NCBI RefSeq assembly: GCF_044704955.1
Contig: NC_091999.1
Location: 26,846,001 to 26,910,000 of the forward strand
Length of the DNA stretch: 64,000 bases
Reading direction: 5' to 3'
DNA from: Pristiophorus japonicus
Taxonomy: Eukaryota
Below are positions 37,760-50,800 of this stretch, piece after piece. The notes beneath the pieces were generated by a model. That model was given only the letters and a program-made list of their open reading frames with translations, was not told where the DNA came from and did no database searches. Position 1 is the stretch's first letter; every line of letters starts with the position of its first letter. The translations under genes and the position numbers were made by a program.

Positions 37760-40330
37760 ACTGGTTAGTTAGTGACCATGCTTTTTTAACTGGATCCAGT
37801 GTTTCCACTTGCCGATACTCCTTATAAGTACCATAACTTACCATGATTACGTGATAGAGGCCGATCCATTTGGATGCGATCCCGAACCTCTCTGGGGTAA
37901 TCTCTTGACTGCCTATTTGGGGTGTTTGGAACTTCTGTTTCTTAGTGTCGTTCTCTAAATCCATCACCAGCATCTGGACATCAAGTTTATCATGTTGGTT
38001 CTACCTGTATGCACATACCCGTGGTATAAATTTAATAGGCTCCCGTGGATGCATTCCGGGGCCACCACATTCCCATCTTTTCTCCATATCCCGTCGGTCC
38101 CTTGTTTGGCCCTCTCTGCTTCCACTCCTCCTGTTCCTGCGGAGTGGCCTCTCCCTGTACCTCAAGCATATTTACTTCCTCAGGCCCAATTGTACATGCT
38201 CCGCCTTGGGCTTCCCCGGCCAGTGTACCTGCCACTCGCTTGGCTGCTTCATCTGTCCATGCATTCCCCTGTTCATACTGATCATTATTTTTTACGTGTG
38301 CTTTGATCTTTATTATCGCACACTCCTGGGGTAGGAAGGAGGCTTCCACTAGATGTTTCCCAATCTCTTCATGTTTAATCGGTCCTCCTCCTGAGGTCGT
38401 GTATCACCGTCTGCTCCAGGCTATCATATAATCATGCTCTACTCCGAAAGCATATCGACTGTCTGTATAGATATTTACTCATTTTCCCCTCGCAAGCCTC
38501 AGAGCCTCAGTGAGAACCACTAGTTCAACCACTTGAGCTGATAGATTCTCTACTAACCGTCCTTCCCCTTTGACCTGACCGCTGCTATCTACCACGACCC
38601 ATCCTGTCTGTGGTGTCCCATTGATATAGCGCCGAAACTCATCTACATTTCGATCCATGTCTGCCTCCTCAAGCAGGGTTTCACTTGCCTGACTACTTCC
38701 CTCATCTTCTGTTGTGCTACAATGATGCTCCTCTCCCTTTGTAATGATCCACCCTGCAGGCGTCTTTTATTATTGTTACCGTCCCGTTGAGTGGGGCGGG
38801 GCGGGGGGTGGGGGGTGGCGGGAGAGGAGAGGGGAGAACATTATTTACCACCTCGCCATTTGTGCATCGAATACATTTTTAGCCTTCCAGTTTTAAGTAA
38901 TTCTACTGAGGTACGCTGGGTTTGTAGAATAATGCACCCTGACATTATTATTGGTTCGTTAAATCTGATGGCCCAAGCCGCACAGTCGTGGGCAGCAACG
39001 CACCTGGACAGTCCTGCAGCTACAGGTTGCGGTTTATCTGAGTAATATGCCACTGGTCTATGCCTGTCTCCATGTAATTGAATCACCACCGCGTTATAAT
39101 GATGGTTAATATGGTAGGTATAGACGTGAAAGGGCCTATTCTGGTCTGGTAGTCCCAGGGCTGGAGCACTTGTGAGAGTTTGTTTTAACCGCACACATGC
39201 AGTTTCTTGATCTGGACCCCAGTTTACTGGCTCTTAGGAGGGTTCCCATCCTTTGACCTGTTTCTGTATAGGTTAGGTCATCTTGGCATATTCGGGAATA
39301 ACATTTCTGCAGTAGTTGAATAGCCCGAGTACCTGCCTGACCCCTTTCACGGTTCCTGATCTGGGGATTGATTGAATTGTTCCTTACTGTCCTCGGGCAT
39401 CTGTCTCTTCCCTTACGATATTATGTATCCCAGATATGTTACTTCGCTCCTTCTTTCTCCTGACAATATTCGATGAAAGATGCTCCAGCTGTTATTGAAT
39501 CCCAGTGGTACCTTCGCCCATGTGTTTTGTTATCCATTTACCTTGAAGACAAATTTTCCTTGAGACTCTTTGGCTAAGGGAATAGTCCAAGTTCCATTCA
39601 CTATATCCAGCATGGTGAATATCTTATGATCTGGATCCAGGCCATTAAAAATTGTGGCTGGACTTGCCAATATTGGGTGTTCTCCGGAAGTCACCTTATT
39701 CAGGGTGGTATAATCGATAGTCAATCGGTAAGACCTGTCGGGTTTCTTCATCAGCCACACAGGTGAATTAATGGAGGCTATTACATGTTTCAATATACTT
39801 TGCTCCTCTAATTCATGCACTATCTAACAGACCGCTTCCTCAGCTTCTGGTGTTAATTGGAACTGTCGGTGAGCTTTGTGTTCGGGTCCAGGAATTTTGA
39901 TGGGTGATATCTCTGCTAATCCATAATCTTGTTTGCATTGTGCCCACAGAGTCGGGTATAATTGGCACACGCTAGCCCATACACGCTTTGTTTCCCTCTC
40001 GGGTTGGATTATGGTTGTTCCTACCACTCGTTGCTGCTGGTGTCCCGGGTTTTCGAACTTAATTCGGTTTCGTGCTTATCTCCCAAAATTATCCGATTAC
40101 GCTGAAGAGCTATCAGTACCCCTATCTCCCTTAATGTATCGCTGCCTTCTGTATGCCTTCTTTATGTTGTCTTCTGTATTCTGACAGCACCAAAACTGAG
40201 CAGGTAGCATTACCCCTGTACTTCGACAACACCATCTCACTTCGGGTCGCTTTCTGATATCCCCCACTCTCTCCTTGTATGTTGATGGTCCTATGGGTCA
40301 GGGGCAAATCTAAGTTGGTTATTGGGTGTT
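37760..40330 (-). pseudogene. pol: ERV pro-pol remnant
   Basis: NSPVWLMKKPD.SYRLTIDY, LDIVNGTWTIPL, LTSAPALGLPD (tether), IYTDSRYAF and KIKAH..GNAWTDEAAK (RNase H), YHGYVH (integrase Zn finger). Confidence 0.9.
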
Positions 40331-42710
40331 CTCGGGTTGGGGCTGTGGTGGCAGTGGTACCAGTGGTGCTGGTACCTGTCTGAGCATGTCCATCAGATCT
40401 TCCCTGGTTAATGGTATTCCCTTCTTTGCCTGTTGTGGTCTCGCCATCCAGCGCCTTCCTCATAACTCCAGCAATCTTTGGCCAAATGTCCAAGTTTACC
40501 ACAATTTTGACATGTCCCTTTAGAATTGCTGTAACGTCTGCTTTTCTGCAGGCAATCCCTACTGAAGTTACCTTCCTGATTGCAGTTTAAACATATCAGT
40601 GGAGCTGCGCGGGAGTCTGTCTCTTCCTCCTTCGTCTCTGCTACTAACGCTGTTGCTGCTATTTTTGCTCATTTATCCCTTGTTCTAACTTTAACCACTC
40701 TACATGTTCTGCCCATTCCAAAGTTTTATCATAATCATCTCCTGTCTTAAATACTCACTTAATTATCTTTTGATGTGCCTTTCCTAGTCCATCCTTAAAC
40801 ATTTTCAAGAATGCTGCATCATTTCTGTTGCGGTCATCAGCCCCAGAGTGGTTTTTGTATTCAATCCACTTTCGTTCCCCGTACTCCCCAAACCTTTTCC
40901 CTGCCATTTGAGTCACAGTATTCTACTCCAGTCTTTTGTCAGAGTTCTGTATCTCTACTATTTTGCTTTAGCGGGTGGTAACTTATTCAATAGAATTTGT
41001 CTCCTGTGGGCTGAGGGGCACCTCCTATATGGCAATGTGGGCTGCTCTACATCCGCTGGAGCGAATGGTGGTCGTGCGTATCAGTGCCACTGATAAATAG
41101 CCATTATCATGTGCCGGGGCCACCTCTACTCCAAACTCATTATCCCTGTCTGATTGACTGTTAGGTTGGGGTTGTGGACTGCACTTACCCAACTTGGGGT
41201 ACATTATCTCTATTACCGTAGGTGATGGTGCTGTGGCTGTGCTCTGCACTATCTATCTGGTCCTGTCTTTTTCTCTGCCAGCTTATTTATCTTAGCTTCT
41301 AACTCTTGAATTTGATGTGTTTAAGTATCTATGTGTCCTCTGTAGCAGGTGAGTATTATTACATAGGCTTTCTTCGTTTTGTTTTCATTCTGAATATCCC
41401 CACATTTCTTCTGTCTGTCAGGTGAGTCTTTTTTCTTTTATTAAGAAATCCAAACTAATAATGTCCAGTATAAAATATCTTTCAATGGAAAGGGTTAACT
41501 CCACTACAGGTTTGTAAGAAGGTCTGGCGTCATTACGTGACTTCGGGTATCCATCTGAAAATATTACCCCAAGTCTTTGTGCTTTCAAAGCTTGATAAGA
41601 AATTAGGAATCCGTTAAAATAGCAGAAATTATTGGTAAAGTTGTCAAAATAAAACTTTCTCAGCGGGAAAGGCAGCATTTTAGATTAAACTCCAATTTCT
41701 CTACACACCCAATTCAAATACGTGCCAACGAGTTTTTCATATGATTTAAAGCGAGACCACACATTTTAATAGCTATTTTGTTTACAGAAATCCAATTTCC
41801 ACGCAAGCTATATACATTCCAGCATTTTGTTTTTTTATGGTCCCGTTCACTGAGCAAATCTTGTGTTTTATTTTCTCTCGGCACAAAATCTAAACTTCGG
41901 TGCCAGTCCATCTTTTTAAGAATCCTGTAATTCCCAGTTTTTTCTTTCTGTGCTGAGTTCACATAGCTTAGATCGTTTCCCCCTTTTGAATCTGAACTTA
42001 ATAATTTTTTGATGACCTTACTTCAGTCCATAGTTAAACATCTTTGTTTCTCTTCCTCGGCACAAAGTGTTGTCGCGTTTAACTCATAAGTTTTTATATT
42101 TCAACCAATATCCTTTTCACAGCCAATTTAAATCTCGTTTCTTCAAATTAGGTTTTGTATTTTGATGATCTTCCTCCAGTCCATTTTGCTCAACATCTTT
42201 GTTTCTCTGCAGCTTTCAAGGTCAAATTTCTATCTTTTGATAAAAACAGACTGTCCTTTGTAAATTCAATTTGATATCCAACATTTTTCTTTTCTTTTAT
42301 TAATTTTCCATTTATCTCAGCTCGCATTTTATCCCACTGGCCAGTTTTCCTAGGATCCTGGGGTCCCACCCCACGGTTTAGGTTGTATTCCTTCTTGTTT
42401 GCACCGCACACGATCAATACCAGCTTCACTGTGTGATTACCACGTCATGCTTCAGGACATACACCTTATATTTCCCATAACGATCGCTGGGGTCCACTCC
42501 CCATGCGGTTGCATTCCTTCTTTCTCAGGCATACACCTATCCCACCCTTGGTTTTCAACCATCTTTGGTTCGTTATAAGTTGTCCTACAGCTGACCCCTT
42601 CAAATTCTTCATACAAATTAGTTCCTTCCCCGTAAATGCTGCAGCTGCATGTGGTAAAAAACATGCTCACTACCATTTAGCAGTCACGTGATCCAGGTCG
42701 GAAGGTCTGC

Positions 42711-42728
42711 ATCCGGTTCATGACGCCA
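42711..42728 (-). other. Primer-binding site, tRNA-Ser(CGA)-like
   Basis: TGGCGTCATGAACCGGAT, 2 nt after the 5' LTR; 16/18 match to the complement of the vertebrate tRNA-Ser(CGA) 3' end as I recall it. Confidence 0.7.
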
Positions 42729-42730
42729 AA

Positions 42731-43329
42731 TGTTGGGTTTAAAAAGGAGGCTTCTCTTCTTCCACGTGGACTAACTGATATAGTTCATCGACACCTCACC
42801 TTTCTCCCACTGTATAACGACCACGGAAGTGAACACACGAAATCCCAGGATCAACTCGCTTTTATTACGAGCAATTACAAGGGAAGGTTCAGTCGTGGAA
42901 CCTCCGAAATACAAGAGTTTTCAAGCATAACTTATACAGGTTTTGGAGAGGAGCTGTCCTCCTGCAAAATCATCGATAGGTCTATTGATATCAGCGGAGT
43001 TACATTGATTTGTCGACTCTTATCCGACGGTCTCTGAGTGGTAAATGCAACAGTCCATCTCTCATCATTGTTTTGTTCCATTTTTCCCTCTACCCCAGTC
43101 TATCCGACGGTTAGAGTGGCTGTACTTGCTTATTTATCTCTTCCTCATGGACGTAAAAAAACTGCTGACCGGCTGTTTAAGTATTACAGAGATTACGGAT
43201 TCAGTTCAATGCGTTATACATTTGCGCTGTACCTACATAAGCAAGTGTTACCTACGTAGCAATTATAAGTTCAAGACCTTCATCATAATTCTGAGCTCCT
43301 ATTTGCAACCTTATAATTTATCCCTTGAA
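42731..43329 (-). mobile_element. ERV 5' LTR
   Basis: Direct repeat of 35036-35633, followed by the PBS. Confidence 0.9.
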
Positions 43330-44701
43330 GGGGTCGATGCAAAGCCTCCATCATTGTTCCCCATGAGTCCTCTAATTGTTTGGTGAGACGTTTATTCTCT
43401 CTGCTTAGATCTTCTTTTTAAATCTCAAGATTTCCTAATTGTTTACATTGCAGCCCCTACGTGAATTGCATTGATACTCTGCTGTTGCATTACTGCAGTA
43501 GCTGAGGCAAATTGACTCTGCAAATTCACAATTTTCTGTTTAATGTCTGAATCTATTTTCTGCAATTCTTCATTCTTAGCCGAATTCTTTTTTCCAGTTC
43601 TGATATTTTATCCCCTAATTCTTTCTTGACCTTTGATTGACGTCCTGCGAAGTACGAAGCTGCACAGGTGACTAGACTCATCGCCTTACCCAGCTTCCAT
43701 TTCTTAGCTTTAATCTGTTCATCAATAAAAGTGACCGTATCCTTAAGGGATACATTCGGATTCTTCCCTAGGCAATCTAGCAACAGTGTCTGCACTTGCG
43801 TTTTGTCACATATTTTTTCTAACTTTTTCTGATACTCTTCCAAGAGACACTCCTCCGGCATCTGAAAATTAAATATTTTTAAGTAAGCTTCCTTAATGAA
43901 GATAACAGTCACTAGCAGTTGACGTAAATCAACCTTACACAAGATTTGATCTGCCTTGCATCTGCTGGTGACACACAAGAACTTGTTTTCAAATAGACAG
44001 AAAAAATTACAAGAGTTCCCAATTAACTTGATTATTGAGTATATTGCATTTTGTTCAATATCTCTTTGTTTTGTTCCTTCGTGGTCGCCAGATGTAGTTT
44101 TTAAACAATGAGCAGCTTTTTGCCGCTTTGCTAACTATAGCAATTCAGCTATTTCCAGGGTATATACTTAATTCAAACTGGGAGACTCTTGTTCACATCA
44201 TACCAAATACTTTTAATACAGGTATAGTGAGTAAAAACAGTGTTTTATCAAGTAAATTACATTCTGTTACAAAAGTAATACTTAACAAATTATAGTCTCA
44301 GCCTAATTCTCGATAGCGTCCTCTCGAGCTGACCGTGGTGCCGACTCCTTATCTCCTGTTCGCTTGATTCGCACTGCCTTCTGAGTAGAAGAGCTGTTAC
44401 TTTATACCATTTTTCTCCCATTCAAAAGCTGTGAAAATTTACAGCTGTTGTAGCCTTACAGTAGATCATATTATCTACTGCCTTTGACTTTCCATGTTAT
44501 CTCTATCTCCCTCCCTCTCTGTGGCAGGAATCAGTTCTCTGAGAACAATTATACAGACCATGGTCACACAGAATTCATTACTGAGCTTGGCTTTACAAAA
44601 ATATGACTAGAACTGGTACGCAATGTATACCTTTATGTTATTGATTAATAATTTTGGCCTTGATCTTTCTATTTCTAAATGAAGCTTTATCAGCAGTTAC
44701 A
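43330..44701 (-). mobile_element. Second LTR element: 5' LTR (44093-44701), tRNA-Arg(TCG)-like PBS (44073-44090), gag-like 5' ORF
   Basis: TGTAAC...CTACA termini, TATAAAA at ~44401, PBS TGGCGACCACGAAGGAAC, coiled-coil ORF 43553-43978. Confidence 0.75.
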
Positions 44702-44749
44702 AAAATGGATAAAATAATAATGACTCAATTTTAAAATTTTGCTTTGTTC

Positions 44750-45450
44750 ATGTTTGTAAATGTATATGTGTGGTTATGTCGAAATGTTTGTTTATGTTGA
44801 GGTGTAAGTGTGTGTGAGTTTTCGTGTAACATTGTGTTCACATGTAAGTGTGTGTGTGTGTGTGTTTTGTGTTAGTTTGTGTTTGGATTTATAGGCATAT
44901 CCATGCTTGTGTAAGTGTGTTGAGGTATGTGTTTTCCAATAAGTGTATGGTTATGTCTCAATGTTGTTCATGTTTGGTGAGTGTTTGTGTGTGTGTGTTT
45001 TGTGTAAATCTGTATTTGATTTGATGCATTTGTTTACGAGTGTGTGTGTGTTTTGTGCAAGTCTGTGTGTGGATTGACGTGTGTATTTACCTGTGTGTAA
45101 GTCTGTTTCTGTGTTTTGTGTAAGTGTGTGTGTGGATTGATGTGTGTGTAAGTGTGTTTTTGCAAGTGTGTGTGTGGGTAGATGTGTGTGTTTATGTGTG
45201 TGTAAGTGTGTATAAATGTGTTTTGTGTAAGTGTGTGTGCGTGGAATAATGTGTGTGTTTATGTGTGTGTAAGTGTGTGTGTGCTTTGTGTAAATGTGTG
45301 TGTAGATTGATGTATGTGTTGATATGTTTGTAAATGTGTGTAAGTGTGTTTTTTGTAAGTGTGTGTCTGGATTGATATGTGTGTCTATGCTTGTGTAAGT
45401 GCGTATAAGTTTCCGTTGTGTTAGTGTACGTTTCGATTGACGTGTATTAT
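44750..45450. repeat. Degenerate (TG)n low-complexity tract
   Basis: TG-rich throughout, with a loose higher-order GTGTAAGTGTGT..GATTGA motif. Confidence 0.9.
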
Positions 45451-46340
45451 TGTTTTGTTCAAAGTTTCAGAGAGTACCAATAACTGGATTTGACAATGGT
45501 GGTTTTCATTAGATTCTAGTTATGTATAATATTATGTTTCAGGTTGTTAGTATGTCTTCATATGTAAGTCTTTGTGCGTTCATGTGTAATTGTGCACTTA
45601 CACAAAAACACAAACATATACAAAATCATCAAAACACTTACATGTGAACACACACAAACTCACTTTCACATGTATTCTCCTCCGCTCTGTGTAAATGTGT
45701 TCTGTGTGAGGCGCAATGTGATATCAGCCGAACGAATGCAACAATTCAACCGATGGGCTTCAGCAACATCAGGGACACAACTGTGAGAAACTCGGAGAGG
45801 ATTCAGTCACCAGTTTAGACATGGCCCATTAGAATTCAACATGTTAGTTTACAATTAACAGGGACTGTTGCACCCCCAAGCCTATTTAAAAATATTATGT
45901 GGAATAAATAGTTATTTCAGAATATAATACTCATATGGCAAATTTAAAATTTTTAGATCATGGGTTAGAATGTACGATGGCAACTTAGTGCATTAAAAAG
46001 AGAGTGGTTCACTTCCCATCTCCCTGCGGGAGTGGCAGTGGGGGTTACATGAATTATACGTTTCCCTTTCTCCTCTCGCTGGTGCGTGTGAGAGGTATAG
46101 TGAGTTAAAATTACCATTTACTCCCTCTCAGCTGAAGTTACCTTCAGGAATCCTGTAATGAGAGAACTCCACGCAGTTTCTAACTCATGCTGTATCTGAG
46201 CTGGGAGCGCTGGCTGTACAAGCCTTGGGACCGAGATCCGCAAACACCCTACTTCAGATAAACAGCCCTCACATTGGCCAAAATAGGAAACATAATTAAT
46301 TGAGTGGCTGTGTGTTTAACTCACGATGGAAGAAAAGCCC

Positions 46341-46396
46341 TTTATTGTTTTTTATTTAAGAACTGAAATGCAATCGAGACATTCTCATTGACAAGA
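46341..46396 (-). pseudogene. IGHM: Displaced end of the IgM secretory tailpiece (S-C-Q-stop) with polyA signals
   Basis: TCT TGT CAA TGA at 46396-46385; AATAAA at 46356-46351 and 46346-46341; matches the shark IgM tail ..MDT.NSCQ*. Confidence 0.8.
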
Positions 46397-47626
46397 ATGA
46401 CTAAGAAAGCAATAAAGGAAGGAAAGATAGATTACAAAGGTAAACTTGCGCAAAACATGAAAACGGATAGTAAAAGCTTTTACCGATATGTAAAACGGAA
46501 AAGAGTGACTAAAGTAAATGTTGGTCCCTTAGAAGATGAGAAAGGGGATTTAATAATGGGAAATGTAGAAATTGCTGAGAGCTTAAACAATTATTTTGCT
46601 TCGGTCTTCACAGTGGAAGACACAAAAACCATGCCAGAAATTGCTGGTCAAAGGAATGTGGGAAGGGAGGACCTTGAGACAATCACTATCACTAGGGGGG
46701 TAGTGCTGGACAGGCTAATGGGACTCAAGGTAGAAAAGTCCCCCGGTCCTGATGAAATGCATCGCAGGGATAAAGAGATGGCAGAAGTTATAGCAGATGC
46801 ATTCGTTAAAATCCACCAAAACTCTCTGGACTCTGGGGAGGTACCAGCGGATTGGAAAGCAGCTAATGTAACACCTCTGTTTAAAAAAGAGGGCAGGCAA
46901 AAGGCAGGTAACTAAAGGCCGGTTAGTTTAACATCTGTAGTGGGGAAAATGCTTGAAACTATCATTAAGGAAGAAAGAGCGGGATATCTAGATTGGAATA
47001 GTGCAATCAAGCAGACGCAGCATGGATTCATGAAGGGGAAATCATGTTTAACTAATTTACTGGAATTCTTTGAGGATATAACGAGCATGGTGGATACAGG
47101 TGTACCGATGGATGTGCTGTATTCAGATTTTCAAAAGGCATTCGATTAGGTGCCACACAAAAGGTTACTGCAGAAGATAAAGGCACGTGGAGTCAGAGGA
47201 AAAGTATTAGCATGGATAGAGAATTGGCTGGCAAACAGAAAGCAGAGAATCGCGATAAATGGGTCCTTTTTGGGTTGGAAATCGGTGGTTAGTGGTGTGC
47301 CACAGGGATCGGGGCTGGGACTACAACTGTTTACAATATATATAGATGACCTGGAAGAGGGGACAGAGTATAGTGTAACAAAATTTGCAGATGACACAAA
47401 GATTAGTGGGAAAACGGGTTGTGCAGAGGACACAGAGAGGCTGCAAAGAAATTTAGATTGGTTAGAGAATGGGATAAGATTTGGCAGATGGAATACAATG
47501 TCGGAAAGTGTGAGGTCATGCATCTTGAGGGAAAAAAAAACAGCAAAAGGGAACATTGTTTGAATGGGGAGAAATTATAACATGCTGCGATGCAGAGGGA
47601 CCTGGGGGTCCTTGTGCATGAAACTC
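46397..47626 (+). mobile_element. CR1 LINE, left part (5'-truncated ORF2)
   Basis: KSPGPDEMH, QHGFMKGKSCLTNL, SGVPQGS, KFADDTKI; ends at RDLGVLVHET. Confidence 0.93.
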
Positions 47627-47802
47627 TTTTAGGAGCAAACAAAAAACATTAACCCGTGCCCCCCGATCTGGGGGAAACACCAACATTTACAAGGTTTATT
47701 TTTGGCACAAAAATATATTTTTTCTCCAAGTGCCCCCTATAAAAGGGGAGGGGGACACTAAAAGCACCGGCAATTAAAACAAATTAACTTAAAAATATGA
47801 AA

Positions 47803-50800
47803 TCAAGTTAAAATTTGGTTGCCGGGCGTGATGATGCACTCCAGTCCCTCCGGTGCCCATCTCTTGCAGAAGGCCACGAGCGTACCGGTGGACACCGCAT
47901 GCTCCATCTCCAGGGACACCCTTGACCGGATGTATGCGCGGAAGAGAGGCAGGCAGTCTGGCTGAACGACCCCCTCGATCGCCTGCTGCCTGGACCGGCT
48001 GAGGGCCCCCTTGGCCGTGCCCAGGAGCAGTCCTACGAGGAGGCCTTCGGACCTACCCGCTCCCCTCCGCACAGGGTGCCCGAAGATCAGGAGTGTGGGA
48101 CTGAAGTGCAGCCAGAATTTCAGGAGCAGCTCCTTTAAATAACAAAACAGGGGCAGCAACCTCGTGCACTCAATAAAAACATGGAACACGGACTCTTCCA
48201 GACCGCAGAAATTGCAGGCGGCCTGGGAGCCCGTGAACCGGCTTAAAAATTTATTGCACGGCACTGCTCCGTGCATCACCCTCCAGGCCAAGTCCCCGGC
48301 AAATAGTGGGAGGACCCCTGCGTAGAGTGCCCTCCATCGGGGACCCCCGCCTCCTCTGGACGGCAAGATGGTACGCCATGGCGTGTCCAGACGGCAGGCA
48401 AGGATGGCAAAGTTGAGAGTGTGCAGCAGCAGCCCGTACAGGAAACCCCTCCGCGCAGAACTGAAAGGCACGGAGGGGATTTCCACGAGGCGGCTCAAGT
48501 TGTGAGGCGTCGGCCCCCGAGGGAGGTTCCGGGGTTTGGCGCCGATGAGGAATTCCGTCCGGACGGGGGTCAGTTCGGATGGGATCTCCCCGCGTGCTTG
48601 AGCCTCCTCGATGCACCTAATGGTGTCGGGGCCCAGAGCTGTTTTTATCGACTCGATGGCATCAGCCGCGCGGCGGACGTTGGCGGAATTTAGGCGCCGC
48701 GCCAGCATGTCTGGCACCATCCAACCCGCTCCTCCGCCATCGAGCAGGTCCCTGACCCTGGTCACCTCACCAGCCAAAGCACGCTCATCCGATCGCCACC
48801 TAAAACCTCGGTCGTGGAGGTACGGATTCCCGAGCAGCGGCTCCTGCAGGACGGCCGCCACTCCAGCCGGTGGAGAGCTCCGCTTGGTGGAGACTTTGTT
48901 CCAGACCCTGATGAGTTCCTTGTAAAAGACAGGCAGCTCCCGGAGGGCGGTCCTGACGACCCCCACACTCACAAACAGGAGCTGCGTGTCGTAGTTGCGG
49001 CCGTGCTGCTGGCGGAAGAAAGACATCGCCAGAGCACACCACCTGGGAGGGGGGTCAACGTAAAGGTATCTCTGCAGGGTCTGAAGATGGAAAGTCGCGA
49101 GCTGGGCGCTGACGCACACCAACAACTGACCGCCCTCCCCAAGCGGGAGACTCAAGACCGCGGCAGAGACCCAGTGCTTCCTGTTGTTCCAGAAGAAGTC
49201 CACCAGCTTCTTCTGTATCTTGGCGACAAACTCAGGTGGAGGGGTCAAAGTGACCAGCCGGTACCACAACATGGCGGCCACAAGCTGGTTTATGACTAGC
49301 GCTCGACCCCTGCAGGACAGCACTCGGAGCAGTCCTGTCCAGCGCCCTAGGCGAGCGGCGACCTTGGCCCCCAGCTCTTGCCAGTTCGCCACCCACACTT
49401 CCTCGTCGGGGCTAAGGTAGACTCCCAGATTGAGGAGATGGGTCGTGCTCCAGGCAAAAGGCGTGAGCTCCTCCGGCAGGGAGTCCACCCGCCACTGACC
49501 CACCAGGAGTCCGGAACATTTCTCCCAGTTGATTCTGGCGGAGGATGCGGCTGAGTAAATCTCCTGGCACTCACACATCCTCCGCAGGTCAGCGGGATCC
49601 TCTACCGTGAGGAGCACGTCATCGGCGTAAGCCGAGAGGACGACCTCCACGCCCGGCCCTTGCAGAGCCAGTCCCGTCAACCTCGTCCGCAGGAGGCGCA
49701 GGAAAGTCTGCACGCAGACGGCATATAAATGGCCGGACATGGGGCATCCCTGGCGCACCCCTCTCCCAAAGCGAAGGGGCGCCGTCAAGGACCCGTTAAC
49801 ATTAATCAGACACTCTGCGGCGGCGTATAAAAGTCGGATCCAGGCGACGAAATGCATCCCAAACCCGAAAGCGCGCAGAGTTCCAAGCAGATAGTCATCA
49901 TTCACCCTGTCGAACGCCTTCTCTTGGTCGAGGGATAGGAAGGCGACCGGCAGACCAGCCTCCTGGGGAATAATGGATGAGGTCCCGGACCAGATGGATG
50001 TTATCGTGGATTGTCCGGCCCGGGACCGTGTAGGACTGGTCGGGTTGGATCATGTGGTCCAGCACGGCACCAAGGCGAGCAGACATCGCCCTGGCGATGA
50101 TTTTGTAGTCCGTGCTGAGGAGGGATACTGGGCGCCAGATATTAAGGAGGCGGAGATCGCCCTTCTTATGGAGCAGGACAATGACTGCCCTGCGCCAACA
50201 GAGGGGCATCTCCCCGGTCACCAGACTTTCCCACAGGACCCGCGCGTAGTCGCCCCCCAGGACTTCCCAGAACGCCCTGTGGAGCTCCACGGTCAGCCCG
50301 TCCAGACCCGGGGATATTCACCTCGAGAGCCGGTCGAGGGCGCCGGTCAGCTCCGCCAGGATTAGCGGAGCTTCCAGATTTTCGGCGCCCTCCGGGCTGA
50401 CCTTCGGCAGGTCCTCCCACAAAACTCTATGCACTTCTTCGCTGGACGGCTCCAGAGAGAACAGGGCCCCGTAATATTCAATGGCCCTGTTGTTGACGTC
50501 CTCCGGATCCGAGACGAGAGAGCCGTCGTCGGCCAGCAGCGTCAAGAGCTGCTTACGGACACTCTGTCTTTTTTCCAGCGAGTAGAAGAAAGGCGGAGCC
50601 GCGGTCCAGATCCCGCAGGAACTGGATCTGTGACCTCACGAACACGTCTCGGGACCCTACGAGCTGCAGGTCCTTCAGCGTGTCCTTCTTCGCTTCGTAC
50701 ACCGTCCGCAGGGCCGGGTCCCCGACGACTTGCTCCAGGTCGAGCACCTCCTTTTCTAGATGCCCGACCCTGGCCGCCCGCCTCTTGGTCGACCCCCTCG

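Larger units (their letters stand above)
35036..43329 (-). mobile_element. Defective endogenous retrovirus with two LTRs (leader-gag-pro-pol-env)
   Basis: Paired ~600-bp LTRs, PBS, PPT (AGGGGGAA adjacent to 35634); remnants of RT, tether, RNase H, integrase and env. Confidence 0.92.

Noticed and set aside
42711-42728. Idea that the local tRNA-Ser array supplies the ERV primer
   Set aside because: The PBS matches a Ser(CGA)-type 3' end (..GTTCGTGACG), not the array's Ser(AGA) end (..GCCGACTACG); proximity is also irrelevant to priming.
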